DNA from: an uncultured virus (IMG/VR IMGVR_UViG_3300046385_000116)
Lineage: Duplodnaviria; Heunggongvirae; Uroviricota; Caudoviricetes
DNA length: 64,000 bases
Virus record (IMG/VR): IMGVR_UViG_3300046385_000116
Strand: one strand, 5' to 3'
Both the position numbers and the translations under genes were made by a program. Positions 22,501 to 30,599 of the stretch are shown piece after piece (position 1 is the stretch's first letter; every line of letters begins with the position of its first letter). The notes below the pieces were generated by a model that did not search any database, was not told the DNA's origin, and saw only the letters and a program-made list of their open reading frames with translations.

Positions 22501-25500
22501 GCCATTCGTGCATCAGATAGTTCATTGTGGGCATGGGGATTGAATACTACTGGTCAAGTAGGAGATGGTACTATTGGTAGTAAATCTTCTCCAGTAAAAA
22601 TAGGAAGTTCTAGCTGGAGTATGGTATTAGCTACTTCCAATTATTCAATAGCTATTGATATCACTGGTGCTTTGTATACATGGGGAAATAATAATAATGG
22701 TCAATTAGGTGATGGTACCACCATCAACAAATCTTCTCCAGTAAAAATTGGAAGTTCCAGTTGGAGTGTATTGGCTAGTTGTGGCGTGAGTGGACATTCA
22801 GCAGCTATTGATATTACTGGTGCTCTATATGCATGGGGAAGTAATAATGCTGGTCAGTTAGGAGATGGTACTACCGTATCTAAATCTTCTCCAGTAAAAA
22901 TAGGAAGTAGTAGCTGGAGTATGGTAGACGCAGGAGTCACACACACAATAGCTATTGATATAACTGGTGCTCTATATGCATGGGGAAGTAATAATATCGG
23001 TGCATTAGGTGATGGTACCACCATTAATAAATCTTCTCCAATACAAATAGGAAGTAGTAGCTGGACTATGGCAAGAGCAGGAAATCCCGAATCAGCAGCT
23101 ATTGATACCACTGGTGCTTTATATGTATGGGGATGGAATACTGCTGGTCAATTAGGAGATGGAACCACCATTAATAAATCTTCTCCAGTAAAAATAGGAA
23201 GTAGTAGTTGGAGTATGGTGAGTTCTGGAAGTACACATACAGTAGCTATAGATGTTACTGGTGCTTTGTATACATGGGGTGGTAATAGTAATGGTGCATT
23301 AGGTGATGGTACTACCGCATCTAAATCTTCTCCTGTAAAAATAGGAAGTTCCAGCTGGAGTATGGTGAGTACCACTTGGACCAATACATCAGCTATTGGT
23401 GTTGATGGCAATCTTTATATATGGGGAAATAATAGTTTAGGTCAAATAGGTGATGGTACTGCCATAGACAAATCTTCTCCAGTTCAAGTAGCAACAACAT
23501 ATGAAAGAATAAATTCATGGTCAGCAGTTGCTGGAGGTTCTTCTTATTCAGCAGCTATCGATTATTCAGGTTCTCTATGGACATGGGGATTGAATAGTTC
23601 AGGACAATTAGGTGATGGTACAACTGCAAACAGAAGTTATCCTGTAAATATTCCAGGTATATGGAGTTCAGTTGATATTGACCCGATTGGTTCAACTACA
23701 GCAGCCATAGATTCAACCGGTGCTTTATACACATGGGGTTCTAATGCTTCCGGTCAATTAGGTGATGTTACACAAGTAAACAAATCTTCTCCAGTAAAAA
23801 TAGGAAGTAGTAGTTGGAGTATAGCAACAGTAAGTAATGTAAACTCTGCAGCTATAGATATCACTGGTGCTTTATACACATGGGGTGGTAATAGTAATGG
23901 TGCATTAGGTGATGGTACCACTATCAACAAATCTTCTCCAGTACAAATAGGAACAAGTAGCTGGAGTAAAGTTGGTGTGGGTCAACACTGTATAGCAGCT
24001 ATAGATTCAACCGGTGCTTTATATACATGGGGTCAAAATAGTTCTGGTCAATTAGGTGATGGTACCACCATAGCCAAATCATCTCCAGTAAAAATAGGAA
24101 GTAGTAGTTGGAGTATGGTTTATGCAAATTTTGCTATAACACACATTAAAGATATAAATGGAATTTTTTATGCAATGGGTGCTTCAAATAGTGATGGACA
24201 ATTAGGTGATGGAACCACCACAAGCAAATCTTCTCCAGTTGTTGTTGGATACGCTTATGCACAAGAAACATCATTCTTACCTGTAGCTTCTTCTGGATAC
24301 GGAAATCATTTCACTGTTCTTGGAGGAAATGCAGCAAGTTATAATCTATATGCATGGGGTGTCAATACAACAGGACAATTAGGTGCAGCATTAGGTGTAA
24401 ACCAATATTCACCAACATCGGCTGTGGATTTGAGAAATAATAATTTTGCTTCAAAAAATCCAGATTCATGGAAACAAGTTTCTAATGGCCAAAATTATAC
24501 ATTAGCAATACGTTCTTCAGATTCATCATTATGGACATGGGGACTTAATACTAGTGGCCAATTAGGTGATGGTACCACAGTATCCAAATCTTCTCCGGTA
24601 AAAATAGGAAGTTCTAGCTGGAGTATGGTAAGTTCTGGCGGATTATACACAGTAGCTATTGATATTACTGGTGCTTTGTATGCATGGGGACAAAATAATA
24701 ATGGTCAACTAGGTGATGGTACCAACACCAGCAAATCTTCTCCTGTAAAAATAGGAAGTTCTAGCTGGAGTATGGTAAGTGCTGGTAGCATACACACATT
24801 GGCAATAGATTCCACTGGTGCTTTGTATGTGTGGGGTAGTAATTCGACAGGTCAATTAGGTGATGGTACCACAGTATCTAAATCTTCTCCAGTAAAAATA
24901 GGAAGTAGTAGTTGGAGTGTGGTGAGTGCTGGTGGTACGCATACAACAGCCATTGACACTAATGGAAGTTTGTATACATGGGGTTATGGTGGTTCTGGTG
25001 CTTTAGGTGATACTACCAGCACCAATAAATCTTCTCCAGTAAAAATAGGAAGTTCCAGCTGGAGTATCGTGGGTGCTAGTTCTCTTCATACCGCAGCTAT
25101 TGATACCACTGGTGCTCTATATGCATGGGGATTCAATAATAGTGGACAGTTAGGTGACGGCACTACTGTTTTTAAATTATCTCCAGTTAAGATAGGAAGT
25201 TCCAGCTGGAGTATGGTGAATAATGGTGAAGATTATACAGCAGCTATTGATGTTACTGGTGCTTTGTATGCATGGGGTACTAGTTTTAATGGTACATTAG
25301 GTGATGGTACCACCACAGCTAAATCTTCTCCAGTTAAAATAGGAAATAGTAGTTGGAGTATGGTGAATGCCGGAAGTTCTCATTCATCAGCTATTGATGT
25401 TACTGGTGCTTTGTATACATGGGGGAATAATGGTTTTGGTGCTTTAGGTGATAATACCACTGTATCTAAATCCAAACCAGTAACAATCATTACAACCAAT

Positions 25501-25839
25501 GCCAATCCATCCAATATAACACAAATAAATACTGGATTATCACACACTTCAATTCTTGATGGTTATTCAATATGGACAATTGGTGGCAATGCTTCAGGAC
25601 AATTAGGTGATGGTACTACTACCAATAAAAATTATTTAACTCGTCAATTTACAGGAATGTCACCAACAGTAACAACAGGTTATACTCATATGGCAGCTAT
25701 TGTAGATAAAACACTTTATACATGGGGTTTAAACACATCACATCAATTGGGTGATGGAACACAAGTAAGCAAATCTTCTCCATTGGTAGTTGGATTACCA
25801 ACACTAGACGAAAACCCAAATCAAGATACTTGGATATAA
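19510..25839 (+). CDS. giant RCC1/BLIP-II repeat beta-propeller protein (41 blades)
   Basis: About 50-aa repeats of consensus GALYAWGxNxxGQLGDGTTxxKSSPVKIGSSSWSMVSxGxxHTxAID; 41 counted by hand. Confidence 0.92.
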   Translation: MLLNYILTPSANVVNNSSNTSLYVWGDNSGGQLGTGDISTLSYTQPVAVTNFLQGNSFSQIKAGSSHALAIDTNNRLWAWGDNTFGQIGDGTSGSAADAWKPELIEIGGNWYREVSAGGSHTAAIKNSDSSLWIWGLNSSGQLGDGTTINKSSPVQVTAQGDITDTRGSWKYISSISSHTAAIRSSDSSLWAWGLNANGQLGDGTTIDKFSPVKIGNSSWSMVNGGELNTTAIDITGALYAWGLNTSGQLGDGTTIDKSSPIQIGSSSWSMVSGGGSHTTAIDITGALYAWGFNSSGQLGDGTTTNKSSPVKIGSSSWSMVSGGGLHTIAIDITGALYAWGSNLYGQLGDGTTIDKSSPIKIGSSSWSMISGGGSLNTTAIDITGALYAWGRNNFGQLGDNTTTNKSSPIKIGSNSWNMVNTGNHSAAIDSTGALYTWGADTSGQLGDGTTTNKSSPVKIGSSSWSMVSVGVVYSLAIDVTGALYAWGSNGNGRLGNNDPQYYVYNKSSPVLVGQYPYQRTITITSWKSVSCGVLHTTAIANTGILYTWGSNVSGQLGDGTTIDKSSPVKIGSSSWGMISSGWDNSMSIDITGALYAWGGNGSGSLGDGTTVFKSSPVKIGNSSWSMVSAGWNNFTTAIDITGALYAWGSNTYGTLGDGTKVNKSSPIKIGSSSWSMVSAGYIAASAIDITGALYTWGYNLYGSLGDGTTINKSSPVKIGSSSWNIISSGKNGQTAAIDITSSLYTWGLNFNGEMGDGTLLSKSSPVKIGTSSWSLTSAGFYHTTAINSIGSIYTWGRNTSGQLGDGTKVNKSSPVQIGLSQTFFKGIGTANNTSLAITTDNKLYSWGDNSQGQVGDGTTVNRSRPTQIYGNYLSNSGDSWNMMMSSGTHTVAIRSSDNSLWMWGHNGNGALGDGTTTSKSYPVKIGLNSWNVVNVGVFHTLAINSTGALYTWGSSASGALGDGANTNKSSPVLITVAKPLTYDSWKIISSGNSHTVAIRASDSSLWAWGLNTTGQVGDGTIGSKSSPVKIGSSSWSMVLATSNYSIAIDITGALYTWGNNNNGQLGDGTTINKSSPVKIGSSSWSVLASCGVSGHSAAIDITGALYAWGSNNAGQLGDGTTVSKSSPVKIGSSSWSMVDAGVTHTIAIDITGALYAWGSNNIGALGDGTTINKSSPIQIGSSSWTMARAGNPESAAIDTTGALYVWGWNTAGQLGDGTTINKSSPVKIGSSSWSMVSSGSTHTVAIDVTGALYTWGGNSNGALGDGTTASKSSPVKIGSSSWSMVSTTWTNTSAIGVDGNLYIWGNNSLGQIGDGTAIDKSSPVQVATTYERINSWSAVAGGSSYSAAIDYSGSLWTWGLNSSGQLGDGTTANRSYPVNIPGIWSSVDIDPIGSTTAAIDSTGALYTWGSNASGQLGDVTQVNKSSPVKIGSSSWSIATVSNVNSAAIDITGALYTWGGNSNGALGDGTTINKSSPVQIGTSSWSKVGVGQHCIAAIDSTGALYTWGQNSSGQLGDGTTIAKSSPVKIGSSSWSMVYANFAITHIKDINGIFYAMGASNSDGQLGDGTTTSKSSPVVVGYAYAQETSFLPVASSGYGNHFTVLGGNAASYNLYAWGVNTTGQLGAALGVNQYSPTSAVDLRNNNFASKNPDSWKQVSNGQNYTLAIRSSDSSLWTWGLNTSGQLGDGTTVSKSSPVKIGSSSWSMVSSGGLYTVAIDITGALYAWGQNNNGQLGDGTNTSKSSPVKIGSSSWSMVSAGSIHTLAIDSTGALYVWGSNSTGQLGDGTTVSKSSPVKIGSSSWSVVSAGGTHTTAIDTNGSLYTWGYGGSGALGDTTSTNKSSPVKIGSSSWSIVGASSLHTAAIDTTGALYAWGFNNSGQLGDGTTVFKLSPVKIGSSSWSMVNNGEDYTAAIDVTGALYAWGTSFNGTLGDGTTTAKSSPVKIGNSSWSMVNAGSSHSSAIDVTGALYTWGNNGFGALGDNTTVSKSKPVTIITTNANPSNITQINTGLSHTSILDGYSIWTIGGNASGQLGDGTTTNKNYLTRQFTGMSPTVTTGYTHMAAIVDKTLYTWGLNTSHQLGDGTQVSKSSPLVVGLPTLDENPNQDTWI
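24732..24837 (+). repeat. 106-nt exact direct repeat (second copy at 28062-28167)
   Basis: Identical stretch shared by the two RCC1 ORFs, compared by eye. Confidence 0.8.
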
Positions 25840-28800
25840 ATGCCATTAAATAGTCAACAACTTATCATAAGAAAATCTGATAATGCTCTGTATGCATGGG
25901 GTGTTGGTTTTGGTGGTCAATTAGGTGACAATACTTCTGTTAATAAATCTTCTCCAGTACAAATAGGAACAAGTAGTTGGAGTTCTGTTTCAGCAGGAGC
26001 AACAATGGGTTCAGCCATTGATGTTAATGGTATTCTATACGCTTGGGGTAGTAATAACGGAAATTTGGGTGATAATACTGTTGCCAGTAAATCTTCTCCA
26101 GTATTAATCGGAGCTGCTAAACCTTTAACATATGATTCGTGGAAAGAAATTTCATCTGGTGGTTCACACACTGTAGCAATCCGCTCTTCCGATTCTTCAT
26201 TATGGACATGGGGTCAAAATAGTGTTGGCCAATTAGGTGATGGTACCACCATAGCCAAATCATCTCCAGTAAAAATAGGAAGTAGTAGTTGGAGTATGGT
26301 AAGTGCTGGAGGATTTCATACATTAGTTATCGATATCACTGGTGCTTTATATACATGGGGTAGAGGTAATGAAGGTCAATTAGGTGATGGTACCACCATT
26401 AACAAATCTTCTCCAGTACAAATAGGAAGTTCCAGCTGGAGTATGGTGAATGCCGGAAGTTCTCATTCAGCAGCTATAGATACTACTGGTTCTTTGTATA
26501 CATGGGGTTATAATACTAACGGTCAATTAGGTGATGGTACCACCACCAATAGGTCATCTCCAGTACAAATAGGAAGTAGTAGCTGGAGTATGGTGAGTGG
26601 CGGTGTTGTTCACACAGTAGCCATCGATGTTACTGGTGCTTTATATACGTGGGGACTTGGTAGTAATGGTCGATTGGGTGATGGTACCACCATTAACAAA
26701 TCTTCTCCAGTACAAATAGGAAGTTTCAGCTGGAGTATGGTGAGTGCTAGTAGTGGTCATTCGACAGCTATAGATATCACTGGTGCTTTATATGCATGGG
26801 GAAATAATTCATTTGGTCAATTAGGTGATGGATCCACCGTAGGCAAATCTAGTCCAGTAAAAATAGGAAGTTCCAGCTGGAGTATGGTGACTGTTGGTGA
26901 TAATGATTACACATCCGCTATTGATATTACTGGTGCTTTGTATGCATGGGGATTTAATGGTAGTGGCCAATTAGGTGATGGTACCACCACATCCAAATCT
27001 TCTCCAGTGAAAATTGGAAGTTCCAGCTGGAGTATGGTAAGTGATGGATTCACATATACAATGGCTATTGATATCACAGGTGCTTTATATGCATGGGGAC
27101 TTAATTCGAATAGCCAATTAGGTGATGGTACAGCCATCAATAAATCCTCTCCTGTACAAGTTGCTACGACATACGAAACATTAAATTCATGGACAGCTGT
27201 TTCTGCTGGAGTAAACCAAATTGCAGAGATTGCTTATAATAATAATTTATGGACACAAGGACAAAATACTGTTGGCCAATTAGGTGATGGCACAACTGCA
27301 AATAGAAGTTATCCAGTTCAAGTGTATTATAATGTTCCTTCCGTGTATGATTCATGGAAGTCCATATCTCTTGGTGGTGACCACGTTGTCGCTATTCGGT
27401 CTTCTGATTCTTCTTTGTGGGCATGGGGAGATAACCTTCGAGGACAATTGGGTGATGGAACTCAAACAGATAAATTATGGCCAGTAAAAATAGGAAGTAG
27501 TAGCTGGAGTATGGTGAGTGCTGGTTATTCACATACAGCAGCTATTGATATTACTGGTGCTTTATATACATGGGGAATTAATACTGGTGGTCGATTAGGT
27601 GATGGTACCACGACACAAAGATTATCTCCGGTAAAAATAGGAAATAGTAGCTGGAGTATGGTGAGTGGTGGTCATGGTGGTTACTCATCAGCTATTGATA
27701 TTACTGGTGCTTTATATATGTGGGGTAATAATAGTACTGGTGAATTAGGTGATGGTACTACCATAGATAAATCTTCTCCAGTAAAAATAGGAAGTAATAG
27801 CTGGAGTAAGGTAAATAGTGGTGCTAATCATACATTAGCTATAGATTCCACAGGAGCTCTATATGCTTGGGGTGGCAATGTAGCTGGTCAATTAGGTGAT
27901 AGAACAACTATCAATAAATCTTCTCCAATACAAATAGGAACAAGTAGCTGGAGTATGGTTGAATGTGGATATTCTAATAGTTTTGCAATAGATTCTACTG
28001 GAGCTCTTTATGCATGGGGACAAAATAATATTGGTCAATTAGGTGATAATACCGGCTTAACCAAATCTTCTCCTGTAAAAATAGGAAGTTCTAGCTGGAG
28101 TATGGTAAGTGCTGGTAGCATACACACATTGGCAATAGATTCCACTGGTGCTTTGTATGTGTGGGGTTACAATGCTCAAGGACAATTAGGTGATGGAACG
28201 ACCATAGAAAAATTTTCTCCAGTAAAAATTGGTAGTTCTAGTTGGAGTGTTGTAGGTGCTGGTGCTTATGGTTCTGGAGGTATAACTTCTGATGGTGTTT
28301 TATATACATGGGGTCTTAATAACTCTGGCCAATTAGGACAATATAATTTAATAGACAGAAGTTCACCAGTTCAAGTTGCAACCAGTTTTGCACAAATAAA
28401 TTCATGGTCACAGGTTTCTGTAGGAAATTCATTTGTGGCCGCATTGAATACACAAAAACTTTTATACACATGGGGTCTTAGTAATTCTGGCCAATTAGGT
28501 GATGGTCTAAATGCAAATAGATTTTTTCCTATGTTAATTTCAGAATCAAGTTGGAACTTTGTGACTGTTGGTGGCACACATGGAGCTGCAATTGATACGA
28601 CAGGAAATTTATATACATGGGGTCAAAATGGCAATGGCCAATTAGGTGATAGTACTGCTACAAATCGTCCATCACCAGTATTAATTACTGCGGTTGACCC
28701 AATTCAGTATGATTCATGGAAACAAATTTCGGTAGGTTATTCTTTTACATCAGCCATTCGTGCTTCAGATTCTTCATTGTGTGCATGGGGAGTTAATATT

Positions 28801-30321
28801 GTAGGTCAATTAGGTGATGGCACCACCGTATCCAAATCTTCTCCAGTAAAAATAGGAAATAGTAGCTGGAGTATGGTGAGTGCTGGTCCTTCACATTCAG
28901 CAGCTATAGATTCCACTGGTGCTTTATATGCATGGGGATTTAATGCTTCTGGCCAATTAGGTGATGGAACCACCATAAACAAATCTTCTCCAGTAAAAAT
29001 AGGAAGTTCTAGCTGGAGTATAGTAGAAGTTAGTAATTCTAATTCAATGGCTATTGATATTACTGGTGCTTTGTATACATGGGGACTTAATTCGTCTGGT
29101 CAATTAGGTGATGGTACCACAGTATCCAAATCTTCTCCAGTTAAAATAGGAAGTAGTAGCTGGAGTAAAGTTGGTAGAGGATTATCACATTCAGCAGCTA
29201 TCGATATCACTGGCGCTTTGTATGCATGGGGTGGTAATTCTGTTGGCAATTTAGGTGATGGTACCACCACAGATAAATCTTCTCCAGTAAAAATAGGAAA
29301 TTCTAGCTGGAGTATGGTAAGTGCTGGATTCACATATACAACAGCCATTGATTCTACTGGTGCTTTATATACATGGGGTGGTAATATTGGTGCACAATTA
29401 GGTGATGGTACCACCGTAAACAAATCTTCTCCAGTTAAAATTGGAAGTTCTAGCTGGAGTATAGTGAGTCCTGGCATTTCTTATACATTAGCCATTGATT
29501 CTACTGGCACTTTATATGCATGGGGAAATAATTCATTTGGTCAATTAGGTGATGGTACCACCACCAGCAAATCTTCTCCAGTACAAATAGGAAGTAGTAA
29601 ATTTGTAAAAGCATACGCAGGAGGAACACATCAAGCTTCTTTGACTATTAATGGAGATTTATATACATGGGGTAATAATAATGCTGGTCAATTAGGTCAT
29701 GGTGAACTTGTCAGTAAATCTTCTCCTGTACAAGTTGCCACCACATACAATATTATTTCTTCATGGACTATGGTAGGTTGTGGTAATGATTTTACTGCTA
29801 TGCTTTCCTATGATGGAAATATTTACACAACAGGTTATAATCTTTATGGTATGTTGGGTGATGGAAATACAGCAAGTAGAGGTTATCCAAATAAAATTTC
29901 ACCAATTAAAACACCGGTTGGATATGGAACTTCTCCTGTCTTTGTGAGAATTGATGTTGGTGCATCTCATGTGGCTGCCATTACAGGATGGGGTACTTTG
30001 TACACATGGGGATACAATACTTCTGGCCAACTTGGTTTAAATTCAACCGTTTCATATATTCCTGTTCCAACAAATATTAATACATTGTCAGCATCACCAA
30101 CATTAGTTGCGGCTGGAATATCACACACAGTTGTTTCAGGACAATATGCAAATACAAACTATCTGTATGCAGTAGGTGGTAATACTCTTGGACAATTAGG
30201 TGATGGTACTACACTATCTACAACATTTTCAGGTAATCAATCGTTTGAACAAGTTCCTAAAAACACATATAAATATATCAATGATTTAATTGCTGGTGGA
30301 AACTTCACCATTAAGAAATAG
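25840..30321 (+). CDS. giant RCC1/BLIP-II repeat beta-propeller protein (29 blades), in frame with the preceding ORF
   Basis: Same repeat consensus; 29 counted by hand. ATG directly follows the upstream TAA in the same frame. Confidence 0.92.
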   Translation: MPLNSQQLIIRKSDNALYAWGVGFGGQLGDNTSVNKSSPVQIGTSSWSSVSAGATMGSAIDVNGILYAWGSNNGNLGDNTVASKSSPVLIGAAKPLTYDSWKEISSGGSHTVAIRSSDSSLWTWGQNSVGQLGDGTTIAKSSPVKIGSSSWSMVSAGGFHTLVIDITGALYTWGRGNEGQLGDGTTINKSSPVQIGSSSWSMVNAGSSHSAAIDTTGSLYTWGYNTNGQLGDGTTTNRSSPVQIGSSSWSMVSGGVVHTVAIDVTGALYTWGLGSNGRLGDGTTINKSSPVQIGSFSWSMVSASSGHSTAIDITGALYAWGNNSFGQLGDGSTVGKSSPVKIGSSSWSMVTVGDNDYTSAIDITGALYAWGFNGSGQLGDGTTTSKSSPVKIGSSSWSMVSDGFTYTMAIDITGALYAWGLNSNSQLGDGTAINKSSPVQVATTYETLNSWTAVSAGVNQIAEIAYNNNLWTQGQNTVGQLGDGTTANRSYPVQVYYNVPSVYDSWKSISLGGDHVVAIRSSDSSLWAWGDNLRGQLGDGTQTDKLWPVKIGSSSWSMVSAGYSHTAAIDITGALYTWGINTGGRLGDGTTTQRLSPVKIGNSSWSMVSGGHGGYSSAIDITGALYMWGNNSTGELGDGTTIDKSSPVKIGSNSWSKVNSGANHTLAIDSTGALYAWGGNVAGQLGDRTTINKSSPIQIGTSSWSMVECGYSNSFAIDSTGALYAWGQNNIGQLGDNTGLTKSSPVKIGSSSWSMVSAGSIHTLAIDSTGALYVWGYNAQGQLGDGTTIEKFSPVKIGSSSWSVVGAGAYGSGGITSDGVLYTWGLNNSGQLGQYNLIDRSSPVQVATSFAQINSWSQVSVGNSFVAALNTQKLLYTWGLSNSGQLGDGLNANRFFPMLISESSWNFVTVGGTHGAAIDTTGNLYTWGQNGNGQLGDSTATNRPSPVLITAVDPIQYDSWKQISVGYSFTSAIRASDSSLCAWGVNIVGQLGDGTTVSKSSPVKIGNSSWSMVSAGPSHSAAIDSTGALYAWGFNASGQLGDGTTINKSSPVKIGSSSWSIVEVSNSNSMAIDITGALYTWGLNSSGQLGDGTTVSKSSPVKIGSSSWSKVGRGLSHSAAIDITGALYAWGGNSVGNLGDGTTTDKSSPVKIGNSSWSMVSAGFTYTTAIDSTGALYTWGGNIGAQLGDGTTVNKSSPVKIGSSSWSIVSPGISYTLAIDSTGTLYAWGNNSFGQLGDGTTTSKSSPVQIGSSKFVKAYAGGTHQASLTINGDLYTWGNNNAGQLGHGELVSKSSPVQVATTYNIISSWTMVGCGNDFTAMLSYDGNIYTTGYNLYGMLGDGNTASRGYPNKISPIKTPVGYGTSPVFVRIDVGASHVAAITGWGTLYTWGYNTSGQLGLNSTVSYIPVPTNINTLSASPTLVAAGISHTVVSGQYANTNYLYAVGGNTLGQLGDGTTLSTTFSGNQSFEQVPKNTYKYINDLIAGGNFTIKK

Positions 30322-30329
30322 GAGAATAT

Positions 30330-30557
30330 ATGAATATTGAAATTAGAGATGCTATGGATTTTGCTGGTTACTGTCATTTATACCATCAACAGTATATTAT
30401 TGACCAACAGATTGACCATGCCGAATTTGTGAATCGTTTAGGCTGGATTGATTTTGAAAATAATTATATTAAATTTGCCGAAGAATTGGCCAAAGAAGAC
30501 CACATGAATCAGTTTGTACAAACAGCTAAACAACTTATGGAGAGCCCTCCAGCGTAA
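30330..30557 (+). CDS. hypothetical protein
   Basis: ORF with AGGAG SD. Confidence 0.55.
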   Translation: MNIEIRDAMDFAGYCHLYHQQYIIDQQIDHAEFVNRLGWIDFENNYIKFAEELAKEDHMNQFVQTAKQLMESPPA

Positions 30558-30599
30558 CACATATATATTTCTATAGGATGATTTTATTATTAGGAGATT

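Noticed and set aside
19691..29477. Many minus-strand ORFs (e.g. 20043-20282, 21174-21464, 29100-29477)
   Set aside because: These are antisense shadows of the repetitive RCC1 coding frame, with no SD or independent features.
19510..30321. Diversity-generating retroelement acting on the RCC1 repeats
   Set aside because: There is no reverse transcriptase in the window and no non-coding template repeat. The differences are not visibly adenine-restricted, and all repeats are coding.
19510..30321. CRISPR-like periodic repeats of about 150 nt
   Set aside because: The periodicity is that of in-frame protein repeats with synonymous variation. There are no unique spacers and no cas genes.
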